A DNA stretch of 51,203 bases, counting the filler, from Bipalium vagum (lineage: Eukaryota): NCBI GenBank assembly GCA_037834085.1. It is 3 parts of 3 records of this genome, joined end to end, with 100 filler letters (N's around TTAATTAATTAA, not from the genome) between each part and the next. Parts side by side here need not be neighbours in the genome. Positions count along the whole stretch, not along the records: positions 16,866 to 34,601 come from JBBMKC010053378.1; positions 34,702 to 51,203 come from JBBMKC010107862.1; 1 more part is not named here. One strand, written 5' to 3'. The position numbers and the translations under genes were made by a program. The notes below the pieces were generated by a model. It was not told the DNA's origin and made no database searches. It was given only the letters and a program-made list of their open reading frames with translations. Every line of letters begins with the position of its first letter. The first letter of the stretch is position 1. This document shows positions 25,339-37,401 of this stretch, in pieces.

Positions 25339-27429
25339 TACTTTTTTCCATACAATTATTTATCGTTTTCTTCGAATTTTTTGAATTTTAATCTACAAAT
25401 AACCCGACTTTATAATTATAATAAAAAATAAAATCAATTAATGTTATTACATCAGTACAAGATAACATTATATCAAAAACAGTCATTTCTAAGATTAGAT
25501 AAATGATAATTGTTTTAATCATCTGTTAATTTCATTTTAATGATTTTTCATTAATTATATTACCCCGGTTTTTTAAATGATCATTTCAATTTATTTCAGA
25601 TTGAGATGTGTTCTTGTTCATTAATTAAAATTTTGTTTTAATTATTATATTTTTTTAAATAGATTTTTAAATAAATTATTATTAGTGTTAGTGTTAAAAT
25701 CTAAAAAAGTACTGCCAAGCTGAAAGTACTGTATAGTTTTTGATTAAAGGAATTTGAAGAAAAAAGGCCTTTTACAAATATATAAAATAAAACTGATCCC
25801 CATATAATCTCAGGGAGAGAAATGAATCGAATAAATTATTTTATCAAGGGATAATTAAAGAGGTAAGTCGCAGAAATAATTTATCAATACTTTTCAGCTT
25901 CATTTTATTTAATTTTCATTGAGTAAATATTCTGTTTTCAATACCACCCCATGTCGATAATGTAGCGTCTCTTTAATTATTATAATTAAATTGGATTAGA
26001 ATGTACATGATTTATTTCATTAGGACGGGAGGGTCTGGTATTTCATTTCAGAGACATTTTAATGATAGTTCTGTGGGCCTGGAGTTTGGTGGTTTTCTCA
26101 TTTAGCTGCTTTCATAATTTGTTCGGTTGGATGATTTCTTCTTAATGATAAATGTTTTTTATCCTCTCAATTCCCAACGCATAATTTATCTATCAGGCAT
26201 ATGATTAATACTGACTGTTTTATTAATTATTTTCACTAAATTATGTTGTTTTCTTAAATAGATTTTCACGTTGGTTTTGTTAATATAAGTCACAAATTAT
26301 GAAATTAATAAAACGAGAGAAAACAAAGTAAACGGGGAGATCTCAACTAACAGAAAGGAAGTAATAACAATCTCTGAGCATAGAATTATGATTCAGGGCA
26401 ACTGAAATGTAACCTGGTACGGTATACAGGATGCAGCTTGAAAGTAACATCAGATAACTGTTAGCTGAGGAAATCTGAGACCAAAGAAGACATTTCTGAA
26501 ACGTCGAATAACGAGAAAGGATTTTATAGGATGAAGGAGAAAAGATGAAAATTGTATTATATAACATTTTTTTAACATTCTGATTATGTTATTACAAGGT
26601 TCTCTTTCTCCATACCTTTGTCTTTAACCTCGAGCGTACAATTTACATATTCGTGTTACCAAGTAAATTCTTATAATGAAATTGCAATTTTATAACTTGT
26701 AAAATATAAATAAATAAAAATTCACAAAAATTAATTTTTTCCTCGTGTAAGCTGGTAATTATTTTCACAAAAAATCCTTTTCTCTAAATAAAAGCTTAGG
26801 TTGACTGTAACAATTACAACCACGACAATTCTTATGATCATGGATAGAGCCTAATCCGTACCGTAGTTAAAAGACAGCAATACAGCTGAAATCATGTCAA
26901 TCTTCGAAGCGCATCAAGAATCGCATTACATAATACATGTTTAGTGTGAGGCATATAATTATAAATAAATACGTTGACGTAAAGTTATAAAATATGTTTT
27001 TTTCTTTTTTCTCACGAAAATTTGCTTGGTTCAATGGAATAATGTGAAATATTATTCTCATATTTTACTCTTAAAATTTAATGGTGCAATTTTGCATCTA
27101 ATTCGAAAATTTGTTTTAATTACGTAAATAAATATAAAATAAAACAAAAATTTAGATAATGAAATAATATAATCGTTTGAAGACCATCGAAAAATCAATG
27201 GTCAAAGACTTTGAATAGTGTTATAATAAATACTTAATTAAAAATTAATGCCAAATTTTGGAAAATAATTCCATTAATATTTTTTTTATAAAATGAATTC
27301 GTGGTGCAGATAAAAATTTCAAAGACTCGTACAGAAATAAAATTAAGAACTCCGTGAAATTTTCTACATAAAAACAGTAATATATGTAAGAAAGTATTAT
27401 TGGATCTGTTTTAAAATAATAAGCACTTA

Positions 27430-28268
27430 ATGAGATTATTTATGATGATTTCTTCAAAAACGTATCACCAAATTAAATTTCAGTGTTATTCGTTTTTTGT
27501 TTCTGAGGAAGACAGAATAAAAGACTTCCAAGGTACATAAAGCATGTGGAATTGAAGCTTCTGGATCATAGTTTTGTTCTGACAGGTGCAATATGTTTGT
27601 ACAAAAGAAGTGAACGTCCACACAAAATTGACGAGAATAAATTCAGAAAATTAGAAGAGTATTAATTTACTAGATGCAATAACCACTTTAACAATTGCTT
27701 TAAAAGAAATACCTACTAGTTTTGTCGAAAATGCTTTCAGGAAGTAGGAGTTTCCAATAGAATGCGAATCACACATTGTGGAGGATAACATGAAAAACCT
27801 GCAATCGTAAATTATTGAATCGTCGTCATACAGATGGCGAATATGTATTAGAAGCTGGTGATTTTGCAGATATTGCTAATCATGTCTTTACAGAAAATGA
27901 CACAGTATTTTATTAAGCATTTCCTTCCTATAGAAGAAAATTCAAGTGACGAGATTAAAGAAATTGAAAATTGAACTAATTTTATCCTTCGTAAAATTAA
28001 ATTACAACTATTGTATGTTGTACCCCCTTTGAACAATGAGATCTTCAAACCCACGATGATTTGCCGAAAAAATCAGTATTAAAACAACAAACTAAACTCG
28101 AGGACTTCTTTGTTCGTAAATAAATATCTTATTGATTATTCTGATATCTTAATTTATTTAAGTTTTCCTTTATTTAATAAAATAAGTAACTGTCTTCCGG
28201 AAATTTTTCTAAGCTGGAAAACAAAATGCTTCGGTTCTTTCCAATTCCAGTTATGGAATGTTTCACTG
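27430..28268 (+). mobile_element. pogo/Tigger-like transposon 3' relic
   Basis: INLLDAITTLTIALKEIPTSFVENAFRK*EFP resembles the Tigger/CENP-B DDE C-terminus. Ends in TIR-like ...CCAGTTATGGAATGTTTCACTG. Confidence 0.6.
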
Positions 28269-28559
28269 AATTAGAAAAATTCTTAAAACTTTTGGCTCAG
28301 AGTAAAAGAAAGGAAATAAATGTATTTAGAAAAATATAAAAATAGTCACATAATACAAGTGATAGATTATTCAATGATAAATTATGAAAAACCTCAAGAA
28401 ATACTTACAAACATATTTTAACAGTAAATTGTATTTCGTCACAATAGTTTTAATCATAGGGCATCCTTAATTAAAATTATATTAGAAAACATTAAAGCTT
28501 AATTTTTTTATATGATAAAATATAAAGTTAGTTAAACAGTAACACACTTTTATTCATCG

Positions 28560-29290
28560 AAATATTAACTATCACACTCAATAATCGTTTTCCTATGTCA
28601 CTAAATTTTCTGTTTGTCTTTTCTGTATACATCCACGGATTTTGAATAAAAAAATTGACGAACTGCCTTAATTATCTATTTTTGAGTTTGAAATGCTTGT
28701 TTCATAAAGTTGTCAAGGATCAAGAAAAGGTGATAATCTCTTGAAGAAATGACGGAACAATGTTGAGGGTTTGACAAAATTCTCAGTTAGGTCCAGAAAA
28801 ATTTCCAGAACTTAGTTTTGCAGTATGTTGTCTGGAATTGTCCAGTAAGGAAAACAATTTCTTTCTTTTGATCAAAGAAGGTTGGTTCTTAATTAGTGTC
28901 TCCTGTATTCGGTTTAGTTCACAATATAACTAAGAACTAATGGTCTGACCAGTTTCTAAAAACAATGGATAATGCCAGTATTGTTCACCAGACATATAAT
29001 AAGATCTTTCTTGGATGCAATGAGAAATTTGGATGCGAGATATCAGTTGATGATAATTAATGAAAAGAATCCTGAGAATCAGAATAAAATATCAATTTTT
29101 TGTGGATTCCAAAAACCTATCTAAAGGATTTTTCATTGAGTGATAAGCTTACAAAATAAATGTTAAATCGACTTTATTTGTTATCTTTTGACAGTTCATG
29201 TGGATTCCATTTGGTAACCTATGAGCGTTTGCTTAAGATTTTCAAAAATGATGATTTCATTGTGAAAAACAATGAAGGTACATGTTGTAC
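28560..29290 (-). mobile_element. Degenerate mariner catalytic region
   Basis: Minus strand reads LLDNSRQHTAK and DYHLFL, with a W(I/N)PHELS-like motif near 29200. Confidence 0.65.
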
Positions 29291-31389
29291 TTCAACAAAC
29301 AGAATGGTTCACCTCAAAGCACATGTGATTCACATTCACAACTTATCTGAAAGATGGCAGAAATCTGTCATTAATGATGGAAATTTCTATGAATAACATA
29401 TTTCTATGTATTTTTTTTAATATTTTCATGTTTGTTTACCTTTATATCTAATATATAATGAACATATCGAAATAGCTTTGTTATTATATAATTCGAGCTT
29501 AAACAACTCTGACTTAAATCAAACTGGAATAAACGAGACAAAATGGTCTTTACCTCTTGATGGAAATCATGAACTTAGCAATGACACTATTCCTGATGAA
29601 GAAGCCATTGCAAAGCCATCAATGGTTTTATCAGTTCTTTCGATATGGTAATAAAATGGGAAATGGAAAATGTGAATGAACTTTTCCATTGTAACGTTAA
29701 AGAGAAAAGATTATCACTAAGAAATATGTCTAATTTATAATGAATAAATTATTAATACAAAACTGATTTTTGTTCTGTCTTTCCTATAGCAAGTTTAAAG
29801 AATAATTCATATTCCTTTTTCTACACAAGAAACTTTTTCAAGACTTATTTATGCCCATTTAAGTTGTTTTCATAGAGTACTTACCATATTTATTAATTTT
29901 ATTCTCATCAATTATGGGCCGAAAGCAAACCCCGTTTGACAATTGGAAATGATATTGTTATAAAAATAAGTCAATATTTAACCAATTGATGAAGTATTAA
30001 CTACGTTGACGTCCCTATTTTCGAATATATATAGAAATATTTACAAAATTTTAATTAAATAATAACAGGAAATATTCAAAAATCTTATTGAGACAGACTC
30101 AAAATTTTAGATATAAACATAAATATTTTTATTTTTAATATTATTGTGCCTGTGTAATATTCAAACAATTTGTATTAAGAAAAAGGGTAAAAAAAATAAG
30201 TGCTTGGTTTATTTATGAAAAAAAAACATAAAACAATTTCTTTTACCACTCCTAAAATTACCGAACAATACCGATAAAAATAGAATATTGTGCAGAAAAA
30301 ATATTAATAAAAAAAGAAAAATTTTATTTATGAACTTTATTCAATTTAATTTTAATATTTAACAATAATTTCAAATATATTTAAATTTTTACCATTTAAT
30401 ATTTTATAAATAAATGAACAAAAAACAATTCTTTTTCCTTCGAGAAAATAATATGGAAATTTAAGAAAAGAAAAAGGTAATGAAACAAAGACATCATTTA
30501 CGAGACGAATTAATAATAATTAATAAAATTTTATTTTAAAACCCGTACATAGTAATAACTGATGAACTATTTTGAAGAATCTTGTTCATCCTGAAAATAT
30601 TATCTATTATTTTTACGTATAAATTTATCAAGGCCAATTAAAAATAAGAATATTTAAAACAAATCAATTAAATAACTTTTTCGTTAATAATTTTGGAGCA
30701 TAACAATTGAAAAAATGTCAAATAAATATTTTAGAAGCTTAAAAAACTTAAGTAAGTTTCCCCTTAATTTTTTCGGTTAATATAAAATATAATTCAATGA
30801 TTAATAATTGTTAAAATATTAAAAAAAAAGATTATTGTAACAAGTATACCTTTTAGGTGAATAATAATAATAATAATTATAATGTCAATTTTCAGAGTTT
30901 CTATAATCACTAATTTATTATGAAATGCCAACATTAGACATCAATGTCATTAAGAGAAAATCGGATATGTTGATATTTGTGAATTACATCTGGTCTTTAT
31001 TCATTATAAATATTGACAAACATAGAATTTTAATTTTTTGATATTTTTGAAATAAAAAAGAGCGAAATTCGGATCAAATTCGAACTGGCTCCGTTTTGTT
31101 TAGACGTACTAAATATAATTATTTTAAAGGTGAAATAAAATAAATTTTCAATTTTTTCCATTTTTGTTTTATTATATTAAGTAAGTTTTATAAATAATTT
31201 ATTAGCAAGGTAATAGTTCTCTTCAGAGCTACAAGTATTGAATTTTTTACAAATCCATGTGGTTAGAATGTCAATAAAATATATTTAAATTCAGATATAA
31301 GTCCTTGTGCAAATCAGTTGAAACATACATGGTATATTATACATAAAATCAACTATATTATATGTATGTATTGTATTATACAAACAAAA

Positions 31390-31756
31390 CATTCGTAATG
31401 GATATGACCTCTATTTTTAAGCAATAGTCGAACACAGTTAGGCATAAAGTTTTCTAGTCTTGAACAGTCACCGATGATTTTCGAATCATTGTGCCATTCT
31501 TGAGTCATTCACGACTGAAAACGTCTTTTACATATGGATCATCAATTTTTATTTGCTTAACGCCCGGAGAGTTCCTGAGCCAATCAAGTACTTATATATG
31601 CTTCTCTATCATGAAACTCTTCACCACTTTTTAATGTGTAACATAGAGCACGGTCTAATTGAAAAATCTCAGAACCTCCAAAACTTATTTCAATCGTATT
31701 TTTTCAAGTTTCAGATCGAATTGAACTAATAATGATCCTTCCGCAGGTTCACCTAT

Positions 31757-31787
<31 letters not shown>

Positions 31788-32520
31788 AATGATCAAGTTT
31801 GAATGTCTTTTTCCAACTTTAGAAACGTTTCCATTTCTTAAATTGGAATCCAAAAATTTCACTAAGCCACTTAATCGGTGGTAGCGACTTAATATTTTCA
31901 ATTAATATTATTTTGTCACGAATTTGACTTATTGTGATAAGTGAAGTATCCCAAAACACTTTTTGTGTAGGAACTTGACATATTGATAGATGTGGCAGTC
32001 AGCTGATTTCTCTGATACGTGGGCAAAAAATTACAAGATTTGCATAAAAGAACAGCGAAGTTATTTTTTAACACCGAAAGCCAATTTTTCGTCAAACCCT
32101 TGTACTTTTTTGTCCACCTATACCGTTTTAGTTTCATTACCTTGATTAAGATCTGTTTTTCAAAATTCTTCTGGCTTTACGACCAACTGAAATAAAGTGC
32201 CTGTGAACTCTAGAAGAACTGATATTGATAACTTTTTTGTTTAAATTCATATTCAAATCATCGCTCGTCTTGTGGTTATCTTTTTTTACTTTTTCGCATT
32301 AAGTAACAATCATTTTTAAGTAATACACTTTCCTTCGCGTTTTGAAGAAAGCGATCTTGTATCTTGTCTCTCAACTTGATGACATGAAAGTTACTAAACT
32401 CACACTGACAATTTCAACAATCTCTCGATCTTTTTTCTGTGCATTCGTACAAATTTACCATCTTCGTACAATTCATAGGTGTCACATCCACCTGGAACAA
32501 CAGTTGACTTACGACTTGTT
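31390..32520 (-). mobile_element. Degenerate Tc1-like transposase interrupted by an 18S rRNA fragment
   Basis: N-terminal part (MDVTP..., ISSSRVHRHFISVGRKARR, MKLKRYRWTKKYK, VLGYFTY) lies at 32520-31910. C-terminal part (FGGSEIFQLDRALCYT, VLDWLRNSP, FMPNCVRLLLKNRGH) lies at 31720-31390. Confidence 0.8.
31730..31888 (-). rRNA. 18S rRNA 3'-terminal fragment (159 bp, pseudogenic)
   Basis: Minus strand reads GTCGCTACCACCGATT...AAACTTGATCATTTAGAGGAAGTAAAAGTCGTAACAAGGTTTCCATAGGTGAACCTGCGGAAGGATCATTA, the universal eukaryotic SSU 3' end. No other rDNA lies nearby. Confidence 0.95.
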
Positions 32521-32699
32521 TCGACTTGATTCATAAGATCATTTTCCAAGAATTAAAATGCATATTCAATAAGTCATTAAGCTAGTCCATATGTCTGAAT
32601 GTATACACTTAAATGTATATCTTCAAAATTAGTTCTGGACAATTTTTAAAAAAAAAGTAAAGTAAACATTTTTAATTTTAAATATACTTATTCATTAAA

Positions 32700-32850
32700 A
32701 TATGACCCATCACATTGTATGACTTTACCCCAATGATTTTGCAACTTGGTAATTCCATTTTCAAAAAAGGCTTTTGTCTTACTGAAGAAGAAAATGATCA
32801 TTCCCATGTTTAGAACCATTTCATTTGTGCTCTTCTATACACTCAAATGA
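32700..32850 (-). mobile_element. mariner C-terminal fragment
   Basis: AFFENGITKLQNHWGKVIQCDG. Confidence 0.65.
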
Positions 32851-34526
32851 TTATCAATATTGAATAAATATACATAAACGACGTGATAAGTATTTTATTT
32901 ATTTTTATTTAATTTTACATATTTTTACTTAATATGTTAATACGGTCTGTTCAAAATTGATTCTTGCACCCTTTTAAATAGAAATATCTTTTAAAAATTA
33001 ATGGAAATTAAAATTTTTCAAAATTAATATAAAAAACGTCATAATTATTAATAGATTATTCAGAGATTTGCATTAATTCAAATAAAAAATGCGTCTAAAA
33101 ATAGTTTTTTTGGAAAATCGATTATAACATTGTCCAATATTTATTTACGCACACTTTTAAACTCGAATTATCCATCCTTTTAAAGGTTATTTAATTAAAG
33201 AGGTAACTTTACCTACACATAATTCTTCCCTATTTCCTCAATCTTTTACCGGAGAGATCGACAGATAAATATTTGCTACATTTTATTTTTAATTGAAAAA
33301 TGATTTAAGCCTTATACATTTTTTTATTTTGATCGGCAGATAATTTATTTTTTGTGTTATAAATAAAGAAATCAAATTTAATTTATTCTTAAGGCTTCAA
33401 TAATAATATTTTTAATCAGAGTCAGGCTTAACCTGGCGGTCTAGAATTAATAGAGGTTAATTAAATAACGAATAATTTATTAAATAACAAATAATAAATT
33501 TTTAATCGTTTCCCTCACTTTCTCTTTTAAAATAATTTTTATTAATTTTTTTATATTTCATCTTCTTGATCCCATATTTGAAATTCTTAATCTTAATAAC
33601 AAAAGAATTGACCTTTCATAAGCCACTCCAAAGAATCTCGTTTCTTTCACAATGTGTCTCTTTCTTGACCTTTAATGTTCCATCATACTCGTTAAATAAT
33701 AATCTAAAACAAGTCTTCATTTATGAATTCTAATTTAAAATGTATTGATTTGTCCGTGGTTAAAATGACATTTAAAAAATAATAATATAAATAAATTAAA
33801 TATTATTATATATTAAATATAAAAGTCAATCATCCAAAATTAAAAATATTTTAATAAAATATTGTCAGTTTTCCGTTTTTGCTCTCTCGATTGTTATTAC
33901 ATTTAAGGCTACATAATTTTTTTGTTATTTTTTTTGTTTTAATTGTTAAAAGATTTGTTAAAATAAAATGACAATGATTAAAAAAATTATTTTCTAATTA
34001 ATTTTAAAAATAATAATTGGTTAATTTGACTTAAGAAATAATTTTATTGATTAAATAATAAAAAACAACTTACAATATATATTGCTAAAATAATTAATTA
34101 TTCATTAAAAATATTTCCAAGAATTTTTAAGTTTTTGATTGGAAAAAGATCAAGAATTAATAATTTTCAGTTTCAGAAAAATAATGCCATCGCATCTCTT
34201 CTCCAAAAAGAGGAAAAGAACGGTTTACAATTGTTGCTTCTATTTTTGAAAAATCGTCGGTTTAATTACACATAGAAATCATATGCTCATAAAATTTTAT
34301 AAAATTTATAATTAATTGATTATTGATTAATTAATTACACTAATAATTTCTCAGAAAATATTTAGCACTTCACTTTCAGATTTGCACTGCACTTTAAAAA
34401 ATTGACTCAAATGTATTCTAAAAACTTTTTCTTTGCCAAATATTTTCACAAGCAGTTCTAAAAGTATTTGATTTTCACTCAATGCCTTATTAACACTAAA
34501 TCAGTTTATTTTAATATTCTTTCTAG

Positions 34527-34711
34527 ATGATGATGATGATGATGATACTACTGCTAATAACAATAAAAAAAATAATAATAATGATAATGATAATAATAAT
34601 ANNNNNNNNNNNNNNNNNNNNNNNNNNNNNNNNNNNNNNNNNNNNTTAATTAATTAANNNNNNNNNNNNNNNNNNNNNNNNNNNNNNNNNNNNNNNNNNN
34701 NATAATAATAA
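34527..34711. other. (GAT)n/(TAA)n microsatellite flanking an assembly gap (N 34602-34701 with TTAATTAATTAA spacer)
   Basis: Directly visible. Confidence 0.9.
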
Positions 34712-35059
34712 TGCTAAGATCCTAAAAGATGGGTAGATCTTAAAGGTGGAGCTTTATATATTTAGGTCTTAACGTGTAAAGGTTGCTTACTTTAGTGTTC
34801 GGTTATAATAGTTTTAAAATAACTAAGAGAGCGAATTTGACTTTAATAATTTTATTTTGATTAAAATAAAGTTTAAATTTACAAATATGTGATATCGACC
34901 TTGATTGATTTAGAAGTATTTTATTAATTATATTTATTATTTAGAAAAATCCTCTCACTCTTAGGCTCAGAGGTCCTCGATTTAAGAAGAAAAATATATC
35001 TCACATTTCAGACATTTGTTGTGATCCCAGGCCCTTGCATTATCTATTGTAATTCCGTG

Positions 35060-35165
35060 TATTTTATTTTTGTGTTGTGTGGTATAAATAAAAGTGTTGC
35101 TTTACTGATTGTTTTTATTTGCACCACCTAAGATTGGAAGTCAGGTTTAGATTTGATACACTAAA
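35060..35165 (+). repeat. Dispersed repeat family 2, core shared with 48410-48512
   Basis: TTGTGTG.TATAAATA.AAG..TTGCTTTACTGATTGTT...ATTTGCACCACCTA.GA.TTGG.AGTCAGGT.TA..TTTGATA.ACTA occurs at both loci. Confidence 0.75.
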
Positions 35166-35559
35166 TATTGAACAAAAAGGAAAAGGTGATAGGAGTGGAA
35201 ATTAAAAAATTATATAATCCTCAGGTCCTGGCCTGAGTATTTATTTATGTATTATAGACAAACGGTGCCTTGTCTAACAAGACACGCCTGTTTAATAAAA
35301 AAATAAAGAATGAAATATCAACCCGATGTAAAATTCGAGATTTTAATTATTTTATTTTCTCTTTGAGAATCGATGCAAGTCTTGTGAACCTTTGGTTCCA
35401 AGCTAGTTTTTATTGTAAGTATTATTGAGATTTTATATATATATTTTTATGATAATAAACTTTGTTACACTAGTGTAACAAGTTGTAAAAATACTTATAT
35501 TTATTATAAAATTGCAGAATTAAATATTAATTTGTTAATATTATATTTTATTTTATATA

Positions 35560-35875
35560 GATATGATTATAAAGGCTCTTCTTCTCATTCTTCTACCCTT
35601 TCTTCTGTGATTATCTCTCTCTTTTCTATTATCATAATAGTAACAGTATTTATTTTTTCAATTTTATTTATTTATCATTATTCTTGGTGACATTGTTATT
35701 TATTAGACTCATTGATTAAAGGGTGATTTAACGAAGTGGATTGTCGTTGTGGTCATTATTTTCCAGTGTGATTGTGTTTTATTCAAATAAAGTTTTATTG
35801 TAGAAGTTTGATTCAATTCTTAAGGTATTGTGGTGGGTGTCTTGATTCGAAAAGGTTAAGAGGAATTACGGACAA
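35560..35875. repeat. Diverged partial copy of repeat family 1
   Basis: AATAAAGTTTTATTG.AGA.GTTTGATTCA.TTC...GTGT.TT.ATTC...GAGGA.TTACG matches 44120-44250. Confidence 0.55.
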
Positions 35876-37401
35876 AACGATTTATAAAAGTGAGTATGGT
35901 TATTAGGAAATTGTTTATTAGGACTTAACGGAAAAGGTTGCTTTTATTATTAAATAAAATCTACATAAAATCGAATTTAAATTTTTTAAATTATATTTTT
36001 ATTAAAAGAGAGATTTTTACAACAGTTGATGACCGTCCTTGATGGTTATTTAAAATAAGGCTTTTTTGTGTTAGGTTTATTATTTTGGGGTTAAAAAATC
36101 TTCTCACTCACATTTCAACAAGTTTTGATCTATAAAAACTAGATTGTTCAGCTAACACTCAGAGATAATAATTTAAAAATAGAAATTTCAAACCCTTTGA
36201 CGAAGAAAACGACAATGCCTTGATTATTGCATTGCCAGATAATTATATTTTCCCGAAAAAATGAAAAAGAAAGAAGTTATATATTTCACGTGTTGGAAGA
36301 TTTTGTCAAAAATTTGTGAGAAGAATTCAAAAATAAAATATATGAAATCAGATTTCATTAAAATATTTTATGTGAAAGATGAGAAATTGAATTTGTGTCA
36401 GAAAAGTTTGAGCCAGGTAATTCCAAGTCACATTATCTATTCGTTTATTATTCCAAATGAACAGGATTTTTCTTTTGCTCCTAGAACCTCAGTAATCTTC
36501 GAGATAACCATTGGGCTCGGGTGGCAGTCCAGGGAGTTAAGAATGGCAAGGATTGTTCTGTGGAGCATCCCACAATAAACATTTTTATGACATTTTATTT
36601 ACTGATCCATAAGTATTGCGATTCTAATAAATATTTTAATTTTATTTTTATGTTGTTAGCTTTGTGACTGATCACCAAAAAACCTTCTTTTAATTAATTA
36701 TTATTATTATTATCATTAATATTATTATTATTAACAACTCCAATTAACCTTTTAAAATACAAAATTTGTATCATAAATTTTCAATAAAGATTTTGTTATT
36801 AAAATTTGTTGTCTTAGTCATTTATATAGTGATCGATTTGTTTTTATTGTGACAGTAGTGTCCCAAACGTTCGCCCGTAAATCCTTCTGAGAGTCTAAAT
36901 CTTGTTAAGTGACCTAAAAGACATAGTTCAGTTCTTGTAAAATCAACCATTTAGGAAAAAGTTAACAGTTCTACTGTTTTTATTTTTTTAATATTCAATT
37001 TGATTTAATATCATATGACTTAAAAGGCTTATTTTCTAAGTACATCATTGACTTTTAGATTTTGAAAAATTGGGAATTCGATGTTATTGTTTCATTATAT
37101 TTGGTGTGTTATATATATGCATTGTACTTGTTATTGGCAATTCAACTTACTTTTTTCTCAAATTGATTACTACACCATCCATAAGTAACGGTTTATTGTT
37201 AAGATTAATTATAACTAACATTTTGTTATTTAATGTCTTCATTTGAAAATATCTAAACTCCAAAGAAGCTTAAATAGCCCCATACAAGGTCACCAAAGGG
37301 TCGTGTTAGAATATTTTAAAAAGAAAGATTTTCAATTTCTGGACAAATTTCGTTCATATAATAATAAACTAAAACAATATTAACAAAATATTCTTAATTC
37401 T

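Noticed and set aside
36261-36578. 105-aa ORF
   Set aside because: No recognisable motif; lies in repeat-like AT-rich sequence and is probably spurious.
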